A stretch of DNA of 64,000 nucleotides from Geopsychrobacteraceae bacterium. Lineage in GTDB: Bacteria > Desulfobacterota > Desulfuromonadia > Desulfuromonadales > Geopsychrobacteraceae. The notes under the pieces were generated by a model. It was not told the origin of the DNA, searched no databases, and was given only the letters and a program-made list of their open reading frames with translations. A program made the position numbers and the translations under genes. Location: the NCBI GenBank assembly GCA_963676795.2, contig CAXXTB010000001.1, positions 1,088,001 to 1,152,000 on the forward strand, read 5' to 3'. Shown one piece after another: positions 41,547-50,124 of this stretch (position 1 is its first letter; the number at the start of each line of letters is the position of its first letter).

Positions 41547-41957
41547 TCAAGGTTTCGGTTCGATCTCCTTGCCGGCGTCCAGCCAAGCCTGATAACCGCC
41601 TTTAAGAGCCCAGACCCGTTGAAAACCGTTTTGCATCAACAGCAGTGCCATCCTGGCACTGGTCGCTTCGTTCATTCAGGTGCAGTAGGTGACGATGGCC
41701 GTCCGTGGTCCGATGTCGAAGATGAACTGTTGAAGATCGTTCCGGTTTTCAAGGCGCACGGCGCCGGGAATTTTATCTGTCGCATGCTGCCATTGGCTCT
41801 GTGTGCGGGTGTCGACAATGACAACCGGTTCTGTTGTTTGCATGCGTGTCAATTCCGAGATCGAAATTCTGTCGGCATCTTCGGCACCGGCCGTTGTGAT
41901 TAGTGCTGCAGAAAGAAACAACGTCAGGCAGCTCAGTACCAATATTCTGTATCGCAT
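41547..41957 (-). CDS. Exported rhodanese-domain selenoprotein (CxU; UGA at 41676-41678)
   Basis: Signal peptide, IVDTR...IPGA, IVTYCT-UGA-MNEATSARMALLLMQNGFQRVWALKGGYQAW completes the rhodanese fold in frame; SECIS-like hairpin 14 nt after the UGA. Confidence 0.85.
41643..41661 (-). promoter_or_regulatory. Bacterial SECIS-like hairpin
   Basis: mRNA CAGUGCCA-GGA-UGGCACUG perfect 8-bp stem with G-containing apical loop, extendable by CGAC/GUUG below a bulge. Confidence 0.72.
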
Positions 41958-42087
41958 AAGCACCCCTTTGCTGATATTGATTGTCATAATAACATAGTTT
42001 GTAATTAGGGGCGTTGTTGCGTAAAAAAAAGGCCAGAAAAACTCTGGCCTTCTAAATGCTTGTATGCTCGGCGTAACTCTATCTTCG

Positions 42088-43152
42088 CTACTGAAATTTT
42101 CCGAGATAAGGGCTCGAGAAACTTCCAGCTTTTGCATCCTGGAGCCGCTTTCGGGCATAGTCGATGACCTCCTGCCCCGCTATGCCCTTGCTTTGGGTTT
42201 TGTTGATATAGTTGTCGATGACAGGCTGAACTTCCTCCTTCCAGGCCTGGGCTTCCTGTGGTTCAACGGTGATGATCTCATTGCCGAGACTCTTGCTGTA
42301 AGCCAAGCCCCGTTGAGAGGCTTTTTCCCAGGCTTCGCCATGTTTGGCCGCCCAGATGGGGCTAAGCTGGTCGATGACCTTTTTGACATCGTCGTCAAGG
42401 CTCTCCCAGGTTTGTTTGTTCATGATGACGTAGAGGCCTGTCGAAAAGGCTATCGGATCGCAGATGATGTCATACTTGGCCACTTCGGCAAAATTCCAGT
42501 TCTGTCCTGCGGCGAAGTCCCAGGTTCCTCCTTCGACTTTATCGTTAAGCAAGGCGTCGAAAAGTTTGCCCATCGGCAACGAGACAGGAATGCCGCCCAT
42601 GGTTGTAATGATCTGGTCGGCATCACCGAGGTAGTGAATCTTTTTGTTGCGCCAGTCCGCGGCCTTGGTCACTGGCTGTTTTTTGGTGTGCAGGTAGTGG
42701 GCACCTGGTGACATCAGGTAGATGACTTTGACACTTGCAAACTCGTCAGGTTGGAATTTCTCATAAACTTCATTGATGATGGCGGTGTTGATCTGGCCAT
42801 TGGAGAAGCCTAAGGGAAGGCCGATAAAATCCATAAGGGGAAAGCGCCCACGGGTATATTGCATGACCGAGAAGCCGATATCGACATAGCCATGCTGGAC
42901 GGCATTGTAGGTCTGGGGGCCACTGACCTTGGTTTCTGCAGGATAAAATTGAATGGAAATTTTGCCATTTGTCCGTGATTCGACTTCGCGAATCCATTCC
43001 TTTATCAATTGGCTATGGATGTCTGCTTCAGGGTGATGGGCAACATAGGTCAAGGTGCGTGGGGCTGCGACAACGCAGGTTGGTTGCAGAGTGCAGACAA
43101 GACAGGCGAGTAATGTCAGCGAGATTAAAAGATCAAAAGTTCTTCCGTTCAT
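42088..43152 (-). CDS. TRAP transporter substrate-binding protein (DctP family), paralogue 3
   Basis: Signal peptide; GYVDIGFSVMQYTRGRFPLMDF and IWAAKHG shared with paralogues 1 and 2. Confidence 0.9.
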   Translation of the reverse strand: MNGRTFDLLISLTLLACLVCTLQPTCVVAAPRTLTYVAHHPEADIHSQLIKEWIREVESRTNGKISIQFYPAETKVSGPQTYNAVQHGYVDIGFSVMQYTRGRFPLMDFIGLPLGFSNGQINTAIINEVYEKFQPDEFASVKVIYLMSPGAHYLHTKKQPVTKAADWRNKKIHYLGDADQIITTMGGIPVSLPMGKLFDALLNDKVEGGTWDFAAGQNWNFAEVAKYDIICDPIAFSTGLYVIMNKQTWESLDDDVKKVIDQLSPIWAAKHGEAWEKASQRGLAYSKSLGNEIITVEPQEAQAWKEEVQPVIDNYINKTQSKGIAGQEVIDYARKRLQDAKAGSFSSPYLGKFQ

Positions 43153-43382
43153 AGACCCTCCGTTGGTTTAGACAAATGCAAAATGGACCATGACAGTGCT
43201 GGCAACAGAGAGAAGCATTAGCGGAGATGGACGCCTGCTAATTCTGTGCGGTGGTTAACAATAGGTTATGGCTGTTCTGCAAATCAAGGGAAATGTGAAT
43301 ATCTTAACGAAAGGCCATGTCGTTTAACTATATGAAATTGCGTATTATATGATGATCCATTGTGGCGGGTGAGCTGAGTGGC

Positions 43383-44234
43383 TCAGATGAGTGGATTGTT
43401 AATGTACGTATTACATATCTCTTCATAGTCACCAGGGCAGAGCAGTCTTTCCGAAATGCATTTAGCGGTCTGGCGCGTTTTGTTGATTGTTGTTTCAGCG
43501 TCAAGGTGATCTTTACGACTATAGGGAGCAACAACGACGACTCCTGCCGTCGCTCGCCCGTTACTGTCAAAGACCGGTGCGGCGATTGCATAAATGTTGC
43601 TGTTATGCTGTCTGTCATCCACTGAATATCCTGTGAGGACAATCTTGCTGTAATCCCTGAACAGCAGCTCATGATCGGTATTGGTGGTTGCGCAAAAGCG
43701 GGGAAGTGGCTGGCTGAGCCAGGTTGACACCAGGCGCGGGTGGCTATAGGCCGCGATGCACTTGGCCCCTGCGTGAACGTGTGGATAGACCCTGTCGCCG
43801 ACAGTCAGTGAGACAGATACGGGCTGAGGGCTGCGGGCAACATAGGCGAGGAAAATATGATTCCCCGCAAGCAGTTCGAAATGGACGGTTTCCGAAACTT
43901 CGTCGCGAAGTTGATCACAGAATGGTTGTGCAATCAGGGTGCTTTGTCCATCGAGGCTCTGATTGATCGCTTTGCTTAGCCGGGAGATCATCGGTCCGAG
44001 GCTGTATTGTCTGGTTTCCTGATTCTGGATCAGGAAGCCTTCGCGGTGAAGAGTCATCAGGATTCTGCTGACGGTTGACTTGTTAAATCCGAGATGTTCG
44101 GCGATTTCCAGTGTTCCCGCAGTACTTTTCTGCTCAGCAAAGAAAGCCAGAACTCTGGTCAGTTTTTCCAGGGCATTCGGTTTCTCTGTACGCTCTGTCA
44201 AATTCTGTATTTCGTGCAACAATTCCGCTCTCAT
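43383..44234 (-). CDS. IclR-family transcriptional regulator
   Basis: HTH LEIAEHLGFNKSTVSRILMTL, YSLGP, ETVH, IAAPVFD. Confidence 0.9.
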   Translation of the reverse strand: MRAELLHEIQNLTERTEKPNALEKLTRVLAFFAEQKSTAGTLEIAEHLGFNKSTVSRILMTLHREGFLIQNQETRQYSLGPMISRLSKAINQSLDGQSTLIAQPFCDQLRDEVSETVHFELLAGNHIFLAYVARSPQPVSVSLTVGDRVYPHVHAGAKCIAAYSHPRLVSTWLSQPLPRFCATTNTDHELLFRDYSKIVLTGYSVDDRQHNSNIYAIAAPVFDSNGRATAGVVVVAPYSRKDHLDAETTINKTRQTAKCISERLLCPGDYEEICNTYINNPLI

Positions 44235-44260
44235 GCTTTCAGAAATAACCTGCGTTTCTT

Positions 44261-44290
44261 AAAAAACGGGGCGGAACATCTGTTCCGCCC
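44261..44290 (-). terminator. Intrinsic terminator upstream of the IclR gene, downstream of the small membrane ORF
   Basis: Minus strand GGGGCGGAAC-agat-GTTCCGCCCC-G-TTTTTT. Confidence 0.7.
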
Positions 44291-44391
44291 CAATTAGCAA
44301 GCAAACGAGGTTGGGTGCGTGAACGCTGACGCACTTCTGTTGTTTTGTCACAGGGGGGATTGCGCTCTTTATCCCTTGTGATTCATGAATC

Positions 44392-44502
44392 TCAGTCTTT
44401 TGCCGCTCGGAGCATGACGATGAGAACTGAAGAAATGAATGTCATTCCGGCGATGACACCCAGCGCTGTTATGATCAGTAGCCAGTCGATTTCCATACCC
44501 AT
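44392..44502 (-). CDS. Small single-pass membrane protein (36 aa), not in the ORF track
   Basis: GGGAGA RBS then MGMEIDWLLIITALGVIAGMTFISSVLIVMLRAAKD-stop. Confidence 0.55.
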   Translation of the reverse strand: MGMEIDWLLIITALGVIAGMTFISSVLIVMLRAAKD

Positions 44503-44863
44503 TTTTGTCTCCCGTACAAAAAATAGAAATCCATAATAAATATGAAAACTTATAATTAGTGAACAATGATCCCTTTATCAGGAAGGCTTTTCTGCTTTTG
44601 TGATTTTCTTCTTGTTAATTTAAGGCCATTTGAACACCGTAGGTCCTTGCGGGTAGCTGGATTCGATTTCTCGTGGTGAACTGCTTGACTGCCGGGTGTT
44701 TTTAATGTCAGCATCATCCTTATATCTCAATTATTTAAAGGTGCTTTGTTGAAGTTGAAAAGAAATGTAAAGTTTTTGTAAATCGTCTGGCCTGGTTGCA
44801 GGTGGAATGCTAAGAAAAATGGTAAAGTTAAGGAACTCCGTTAAATCACAGGGATAGGCCTTT

Positions 44864-45562
44864 ATGACAGTAATGAAGATTCTGCTGATCGACGATGACA
44901 CCAAGCTCTGCCGTTTGATAGCGGATTACCTTGATCCTATGGGCTATCGGGTCGATGCGGCTCATACCGGGCAGCAGGGCTTAAGGATGTTGAAGGAGTC
45001 GGAATACCATGCCGTTATTCTGGACGTCATGATGCCTGGCCTCGATGGTTTTGAAACTCTTCAGCAGATGCGCCGGATATCGGATGTACCGGTGTTGATG
45101 TTAACTGCCAGAGACGAAGAAACGGACCGTATTGTCGGGCTGGAGATGGGCGCGGATGATTATCTGCCAAAGACTTTTTCTTCCCGGGAGTTGTTGGCCC
45201 GTTTACGGGCAGTGACGCGCCGCTATCAGAAGCAGGCCGTTCCGGTCAATGATGAGCGCAACATGGTTTTCGGAGCTCTGAAAATCGATCCGGATTCTCA
45301 CTCGGTCACTTTGGATGATGAGGATCTCAGCCTGACGCCGATCGAATTTGATCTTCTCTACAACCTGACCAAAGCCGCCGGGAGGGTTCTGACCCGGGAT
45401 CAGCTGCTTGATTCGGTTGCCGGACGTCATTATGATGTTTTTGATCGTTCGATCGATGTCCATATCTCTTCTCTGCGCCGCAAGCTTGGTGAAGATCCTC
45501 GCAATCCCCGCTATATCCAGACGATCCGGTCGGTTGGTTATCTGTTCAAGAAAGATGTGTAA
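44864..45562 (+). CDS. OmpR/CpxR-family response regulator
   Basis: LLIDDD, LDVMMPG, GADDYLPK, RSIDVHISSLRRKL, IRSVGY. Confidence 0.95.
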   Translation: MTVMKILLIDDDTKLCRLIADYLDPMGYRVDAAHTGQQGLRMLKESEYHAVILDVMMPGLDGFETLQQMRRISDVPVLMLTARDEETDRIVGLEMGADDYLPKTFSSRELLARLRAVTRRYQKQAVPVNDERNMVFGALKIDPDSHSVTLDDEDLSLTPIEFDLLYNLTKAAGRVLTRDQLLDSVAGRHYDVFDRSIDVHISSLRRKLGEDPRNPRYIQTIRSVGYLFKKDV

Positions 45563-45568
45563 CTGTCA

Positions 45569-47032
45569 ATGATATCACCGCGCTCCTCTCTGTTTGTCAA
45601 GATCCTCTTCTGGTTGTTTCTGAACCTGACGTTTCTTCCGATTATCCTGATTGTCGCTTCCACTGTTTTTAATCATCAGATCATCATTCACGATATTCTC
45701 AGTTTCCAGAGCCATGATCGGATGCGCAAAGCATTCATGCTGATCACCGACGAGTTGGCCGAAACACCGGAGCGTGACTGGAATGAGACCCTGAAGCATT
45801 TTGCCGTGGGCTATCAGGTTGATCTGGTTCTGATGTTCGAAGACGGGACCTATTTTTCTTCGATTGAATTTGACCCTGATCCGGCGATTCAAAAGAAGGT
45901 CAGCTACTCCATTGAACAGTCACGGACCCTGCAGCGCGAGCAGTCGGAAGGGAAAAAGGTGCCGCTGCTGCCCGAAGTCAACCCGATTCATCCTGATCTG
46001 TTGATGCAGACCGAGGATCCCAATCTGTTCTGGACCGGGGTGGTTGTCAGTGTTCCTTATGGGGCGCAGCGCTGGATGACACCGGTCATGCTTGCGTCGG
46101 TGTCCGATTCGGTTACCGGCAACGGTTTTCTCTTTGACCCTATGCCCTGGCTGATGATCTTTGGTGTCGTTGGTCTGATTTCAATTGTTCTGTGGATTCC
46201 GGTGATCCGCCATATTACCCAGCCACTCGGGCGGATGATGCGAGCCACGGAAAAGATCGCTACCGGTAACTTTGATGTCGCGATTCCGGAAACACGCCAG
46301 GACGAAATCGGCCGCCTGGGCAAGGCGATCAATCGGATGAGCCGTCAACTCGAGGACTTCGTCAAGGGGCAGCGCCGCTTTATGGGGGATGTCGCCCATG
46401 AACTCGGGTCGCCTATTGCCCGGATTCAGTTCGGGCTGGGCGCCCTGGAACAGCGCGTTGATGAAAACAACAAGCTGCGCGTTCAGGAGGTCATGGAGGA
46501 TGTCAATCACATGTCCGATCTGTGCCGGGAACTGCTTGAACTGACGCGCATCGACCTGGCGACCAGGGTTGTCAATCTGGAATCGGTGCGGCTGTTGCCT
46601 CTGATCGAAACCGCGGTCAGAAGGGAGTTCCACCCATCGACAGAGATTATTGTCAGGGTCCCCCAAACTCTTCATGCTTTGGCGAATCCCGATCTGTTAC
46701 TGAGGGCGATCTCGAATCTGATTCGTAATGCTGTCAAATATGCCGGAGATGACGGGCCGGTCACGATTTCAGCCGTGCAGAAGGATTGTCTGGTGCAGAT
46801 CGAGGTGAGGGATAATGGCCCGGGGGTTGCTGAAGAGTATTTCGAGAAGATGTTCGAGCCTTTTTATCGGCCGGATGCTTCCAGAAACCGCGACCTGGGC
46901 GGGACCGGTCTCGGCCTGGCCATCGTCAAGTCCTGCGTCGACAGCTGTGATGGGAGTATCAGCGTGGCCAACCTTGAACCACGTGGTTTTGCAGTTACGG
47001 TGACGCTGATGATCGGCAGCAGGACGGTGTGA
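45569..47032 (+). CDS. HAMP-domain sensor histidine kinase (CpxA-like)
   Basis: Two TM helices, HAMP DEIGRL, H-box AHELGSP, N-box NLIRNAVKY, DNGPG, GGTGLGL. Confidence 0.95.
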   Translation: MISPRSSLFVKILFWLFLNLTFLPIILIVASTVFNHQIIIHDILSFQSHDRMRKAFMLITDELAETPERDWNETLKHFAVGYQVDLVLMFEDGTYFSSIEFDPDPAIQKKVSYSIEQSRTLQREQSEGKKVPLLPEVNPIHPDLLMQTEDPNLFWTGVVVSVPYGAQRWMTPVMLASVSDSVTGNGFLFDPMPWLMIFGVVGLISIVLWIPVIRHITQPLGRMMRATEKIATGNFDVAIPETRQDEIGRLGKAINRMSRQLEDFVKGQRRFMGDVAHELGSPIARIQFGLGALEQRVDENNKLRVQEVMEDVNHMSDLCRELLELTRIDLATRVVNLESVRLLPLIETAVRREFHPSTEIIVRVPQTLHALANPDLLLRAISNLIRNAVKYAGDDGPVTISAVQKDCLVQIEVRDNGPGVAEEYFEKMFEPFYRPDASRNRDLGGTGLGLAIVKSCVDSCDGSISVANLEPRGFAVTVTLMIGSRTV

Positions 47033-47228
47033 ACCAGAGGACCGGACTTCAGCCGAAGAACCTGCTGCCGATCCCGCCTTCGATTGAAGGGGGATGCCTT
47101 TGTCTGTATTTCAATCAATTTCTGCCTGCAGTTGAGTTGATTCGCAGGGAGGTTTGAGGTTAAATGGTCAGCTGAGTCCTGCCCGTCCTGTCGGGAAGAC
47201 TAACCTCATCGCCAGAAGGAGTAACTTC

Positions 47229-47873
47229 ATGCACAATATCCTCAGGACGGCTTTATCAAAAAGGTTTTCGACCAAGGTCTTTAACCCTGAGAAAATGGCC
47301 GACAGCGAAAAGGTTCAGGCCATCGTAGATACCTTGCATCTGGCTCCTTCCTCCCTCAATTGTCAGCCCTGGCATGTCTTCATCATAACCGACAAACAGC
47401 GAAAAGCCGAGCTGGCAATCACGGCCAAGGCTCACAATCAATCCAAGTTCATCAATGCCTCGCACCTGTTTGTGTTCTGTCGCAAAATCGATTTTACCGC
47501 AGGTGACATCGAGCGGGTTGTCTGTCTGACCGATGAGCTTCGTGGCGATGGCTCCGGAACCCGGCAGCGGGAGAAGCTGCATAACAATATTCTGGTGGAA
47601 AAGGACCTCGGGCGCCGTCAGCGCTGGATGGACAATCAGGTCTATCTGCAGCTTGGCCAGTTCCTGACCTGCTGTGCTCTGCTTGAGCTGGAAAGCTGTC
47701 CTATTGAAGGTTTTGATGCCGCTGAGATGACCCGCCTGATGGGCCTCCGTGACCAGGGGCTTGAGGTCGTTGTAACTGCGGTTGTCGGGATCGGTAGTGA
47801 AGAGGACTATACCCATTGCGGCAAGGGAGAGAAGGTCCGTTTTGATAATGAGGAGATTGTCACATACCTTTAA
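47229..47873 (+). CDS. NfsB-like NAD(P)H nitroreductase
   Basis: KRFSTKVF, APSSLNCQPW, ESCPIEGFD; start MHN after AAGGAG. Confidence 0.88.
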   Translation: MHNILRTALSKRFSTKVFNPEKMADSEKVQAIVDTLHLAPSSLNCQPWHVFIITDKQRKAELAITAKAHNQSKFINASHLFVFCRKIDFTAGDIERVVCLTDELRGDGSGTRQREKLHNNILVEKDLGRRQRWMDNQVYLQLGQFLTCCALLELESCPIEGFDAAEMTRLMGLRDQGLEVVVTAVVGIGSEEDYTHCGKGEKVRFDNEEIVTYL

Positions 47874-47972
47874 TTCCAAGCCGTGGTGAAAATGCAGGAA
47901 TAAATGCGTTTTTGAGCGGTTTTAGACCGGGAAATCGGGCCTCCTTTCCTGATGTCATAATGTAATTTCCGG

Positions 47973-48000
47973 TTGCATCATCCGGTAAAAAGTCTATAAT
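47973..48000 (+). promoter_or_regulatory. Putative sigma70 promoter of the SDR gene
   Basis: TTGCAT-N16-TATAAT, about 270 bp upstream of the start. Confidence 0.5.
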
Positions 48001-48267
48001 TGGCAGGCTTGAAAAGGCAAGTTTGTCAAATAAACAGGGGTTTTGATCGACCGCTCAAGGATGACGCGGAACAAACACCTGTCGTCTGATGCCGCATTGG
48101 GCTTTCTGTTCGCAGAAGGCTTTCGGAATTCCACTCTTTCACCTGGTCTTTGCCAGCTGGAAGAACTTCGTCTTGAGCAAAACCGCTAGTTTTTGCTTTT
48201 TAACCCACTTAATTGATTCGGCTATCCATTGGGGTAACGATCAATTAACCAACAGGAGGATTTTGAC

Positions 48268-49083
48268 ATGGCAATGACCGCAACTTGGAGCGACGATTTC
48301 GCAAAGAACATTTTCGACCTGAAAGACAAGGTCGCTGTTATCACCGGTGGTAACGGTACCCTGGGTGCTGCTTACGCTCAGGCTTTCGCTCTGCACGGCG
48401 CTAAAGTCGTTGTTACCGCACGAAACATGGCTACCCTGGAAGAAACCGTTAAGTCTGTTACCGCTGCTGGTGGTACCTGTATCGCTATCGCTTCCGACGT
48501 TACCAGCGTAGAAAGCCAGGAAGCCCTGGTTAAAGAAATCGACGCTAAATTCGGTCGTATCGACATCCTGGTCAACAACGCTGGTATGGCTTTCCGTGCC
48601 CCGGCTGACCAGATGCCAGCTGACAAGTTCATGCAGGTTCAGCAAGTCAACGTTCTTGGTACCCTGATTCCTTGCCAGGCTTTCGGCAAGTACTTCATGA
48701 CCAAGGGCAAAGGCAAGATCGTTAACACTTCTTCCGTTCGTGGTTTCTGTGGCCACCCGGACGGTTACACCGCTTACGCAGCTTCCAAAGCTGCTGTTGA
48801 CAGCCTGACCAAGCAGATCGCTACCGAGTGGGCTCTCAAAGGTGTTAAAGAAGGTTTCACCATCAACGTCAACGCTATCGCTCCGACCCTGGTCAAGTCT
48901 CCTCTGACCCAGGAAATCTGCGAAGATCCTAAGCGTATCGCTCCATTCCTGGCTCGTCTGCCAATGGGCCGCGTTGCAGAAACCAGCGACATGATCGGTC
49001 TGGTTCTGTTCTTCTCTGCACCTGCTTCTGACTTCATCACCGGTCAGATCGTTTACGTTGACGGTGGTTGTACTGCAGGCTAA
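48268..49083 (+). CDS. Short-chain dehydrogenase/reductase (gluconate 5-dehydrogenase/KduD-like)
   Basis: TGGNGTLG, NNAG, YAASK, ITGQIVYVDGG; AGGAGG RBS. Confidence 0.93.
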   Translation: MAMTATWSDDFAKNIFDLKDKVAVITGGNGTLGAAYAQAFALHGAKVVVTARNMATLEETVKSVTAAGGTCIAIASDVTSVESQEALVKEIDAKFGRIDILVNNAGMAFRAPADQMPADKFMQVQQVNVLGTLIPCQAFGKYFMTKGKGKIVNTSSVRGFCGHPDGYTAYAASKAAVDSLTKQIATEWALKGVKEGFTINVNAIAPTLVKSPLTQEICEDPKRIAPFLARLPMGRVAETSDMIGLVLFFSAPASDFITGQIVYVDGGCTAG

Positions 49084-49105
49084 TCCCTGCAAACACACGC
49101 AGTCA

Positions 49106-49142
49106 AAAAGACCCTCTTCCGTATGGAAGAGGGTCTTTTTTT
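49106..49142 (+). terminator. Intrinsic terminator of the SDR gene
   Basis: AAAAGACCCTCTTCC-gtat-GGAAGAGGGTCTTTTTT. Confidence 0.9.
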
Positions 49143-49149
49143 ATGCCTG

Positions 49150-49602
49150 TTTCAAGTTCATCAAGCCGGAGACCGGCTTTGCGATTGCGCGAATTCGAGA
49201 CGCGCAGCGACTCGTCTGAGCGAGCGGAGAATAGCAGCCCCAAGGCTACGAAGAGTGTCAGCAACAAACTCTGTCAGTGTTTTTGAGGCGCTTTCTTTTG
49301 GTTGCGTTTTCTTTGTCGCGACAAAGAAAATGAACCCGGCTGGCGGGCCGGGACCCGCCGGTTCTGTCTTCTGGGTTTGAGGATTTTACAGGTAGGCAAG
49401 ATCGCGGGGTCTCGCCCCCGCTCGGCGCCTTACTCTTTTGCCTTGCCGCAAAAGAGTAAACAGAAAAAGGCAGTTAAAAGCTGACGAAAATTGGTAACGC
49501 ATTCTTCGTAGCTTCACACCAGCAACTGACAGCGCGCCCCACGGTGAGCTTTGCTCACCTAATGGGCAGAACCGGAAAAAACTCAGCGTTGCGGAGTTTT
49601 GA
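49150..49602 (+). repeat. Palindromic multi-hairpin intergenic repeat, copy 2
   Basis: 5' part (GATTGCGCGAATTC..GGCTACGAAGA) matches copy 3; the last 85 bp or so closely match the reverse complement of 14441-14525. Confidence 0.88.
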
Positions 49603-49615
49603 TGGGTGGAACAGG

Positions 49616-49657
49616 CATAGCAAAGAGCCCGGATTAGAATCCGGGCTCTTTGCTATG
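49616..49657 (-). terminator. Long stem-loop after the ferritin-like gene
   Basis: CATAGCAAAGAGCCCGGATT-ag-AATCCGGGCTCTTTGCTATG. Confidence 0.7.
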
Positions 49658-49667
49658 AGGGCTGAGG

Positions 49668-50123
49668 TTAATTCTCGGAGAGAAAATGCTCGTCGTAGGC
49701 GGTTTCGAAGTTCAGCTTGTGAGTACTCTCTTCGCGCGCCAGCTGTTTGAAGAGCGTCTGCAACGAGGCATCACTGACGCGGGCTGCCAGGTCGTTGTAG
49801 AGATCCATGGCGGCTTTTTCCCGTTTGATGGCGACGATCAGCAGATCCTGATAACTCATCTGCGGGGTCGGGATGACATCGACCAGGTAGTCGCCGATCT
49901 TCAGATCAACAACCTCACTGGTTCCCTTCATTACCGCCTCGCCGGCCTTGGCGGCCTGCAGCTTGCTTTTATGCCCCATTTCAACCCCGACGAGGGCGGT
50001 CAGAGTCTTCTGCAGGGCCGGGTTTTCCGTGACCTTGGCCAGCTCAGCGTAAAAATCCGCGGCTTCCTGTTCGCGGGCAATGGCAAAGTCGAGCGCAGCA
50101 TCGATCGAATCGAGATTTTCCAT
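49668..50123 (-). CDS. Ferritin-like/rubrerythrin-family di-iron protein
   Basis: AIAREQEAADFY, EMGH, AIKREKAAMDLY, EESTH (two ExxH); GAGGAGG RBS. Confidence 0.88.
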   Translation of the reverse strand: MENLDSIDAALDFAIAREQEAADFYAELAKVTENPALQKTLTALVGVEMGHKSKLQAAKAGEAVMKGTSEVVDLKIGDYLVDVIPTPQMSYQDLLIVAIKREKAAMDLYNDLAARVSDASLQTLFKQLAREESTHKLNFETAYDEHFLSEN

Positions 50124-50124
50124 G

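Noticed and set aside
41676..42158. Truncated rhodanese pseudogene as given by the ORF track
   Set aside because: In-frame continuation and a SECIS-like hairpin favour Sec readthrough; the upstream extension overlaps dctP and the RBS supports a start at 41957.
29852..49100. Genomic island integrated at tRNA-Asn
   Set aside because: No integrase and no distal tRNA 3' repeat seen; the region holds core-type hyp genes.
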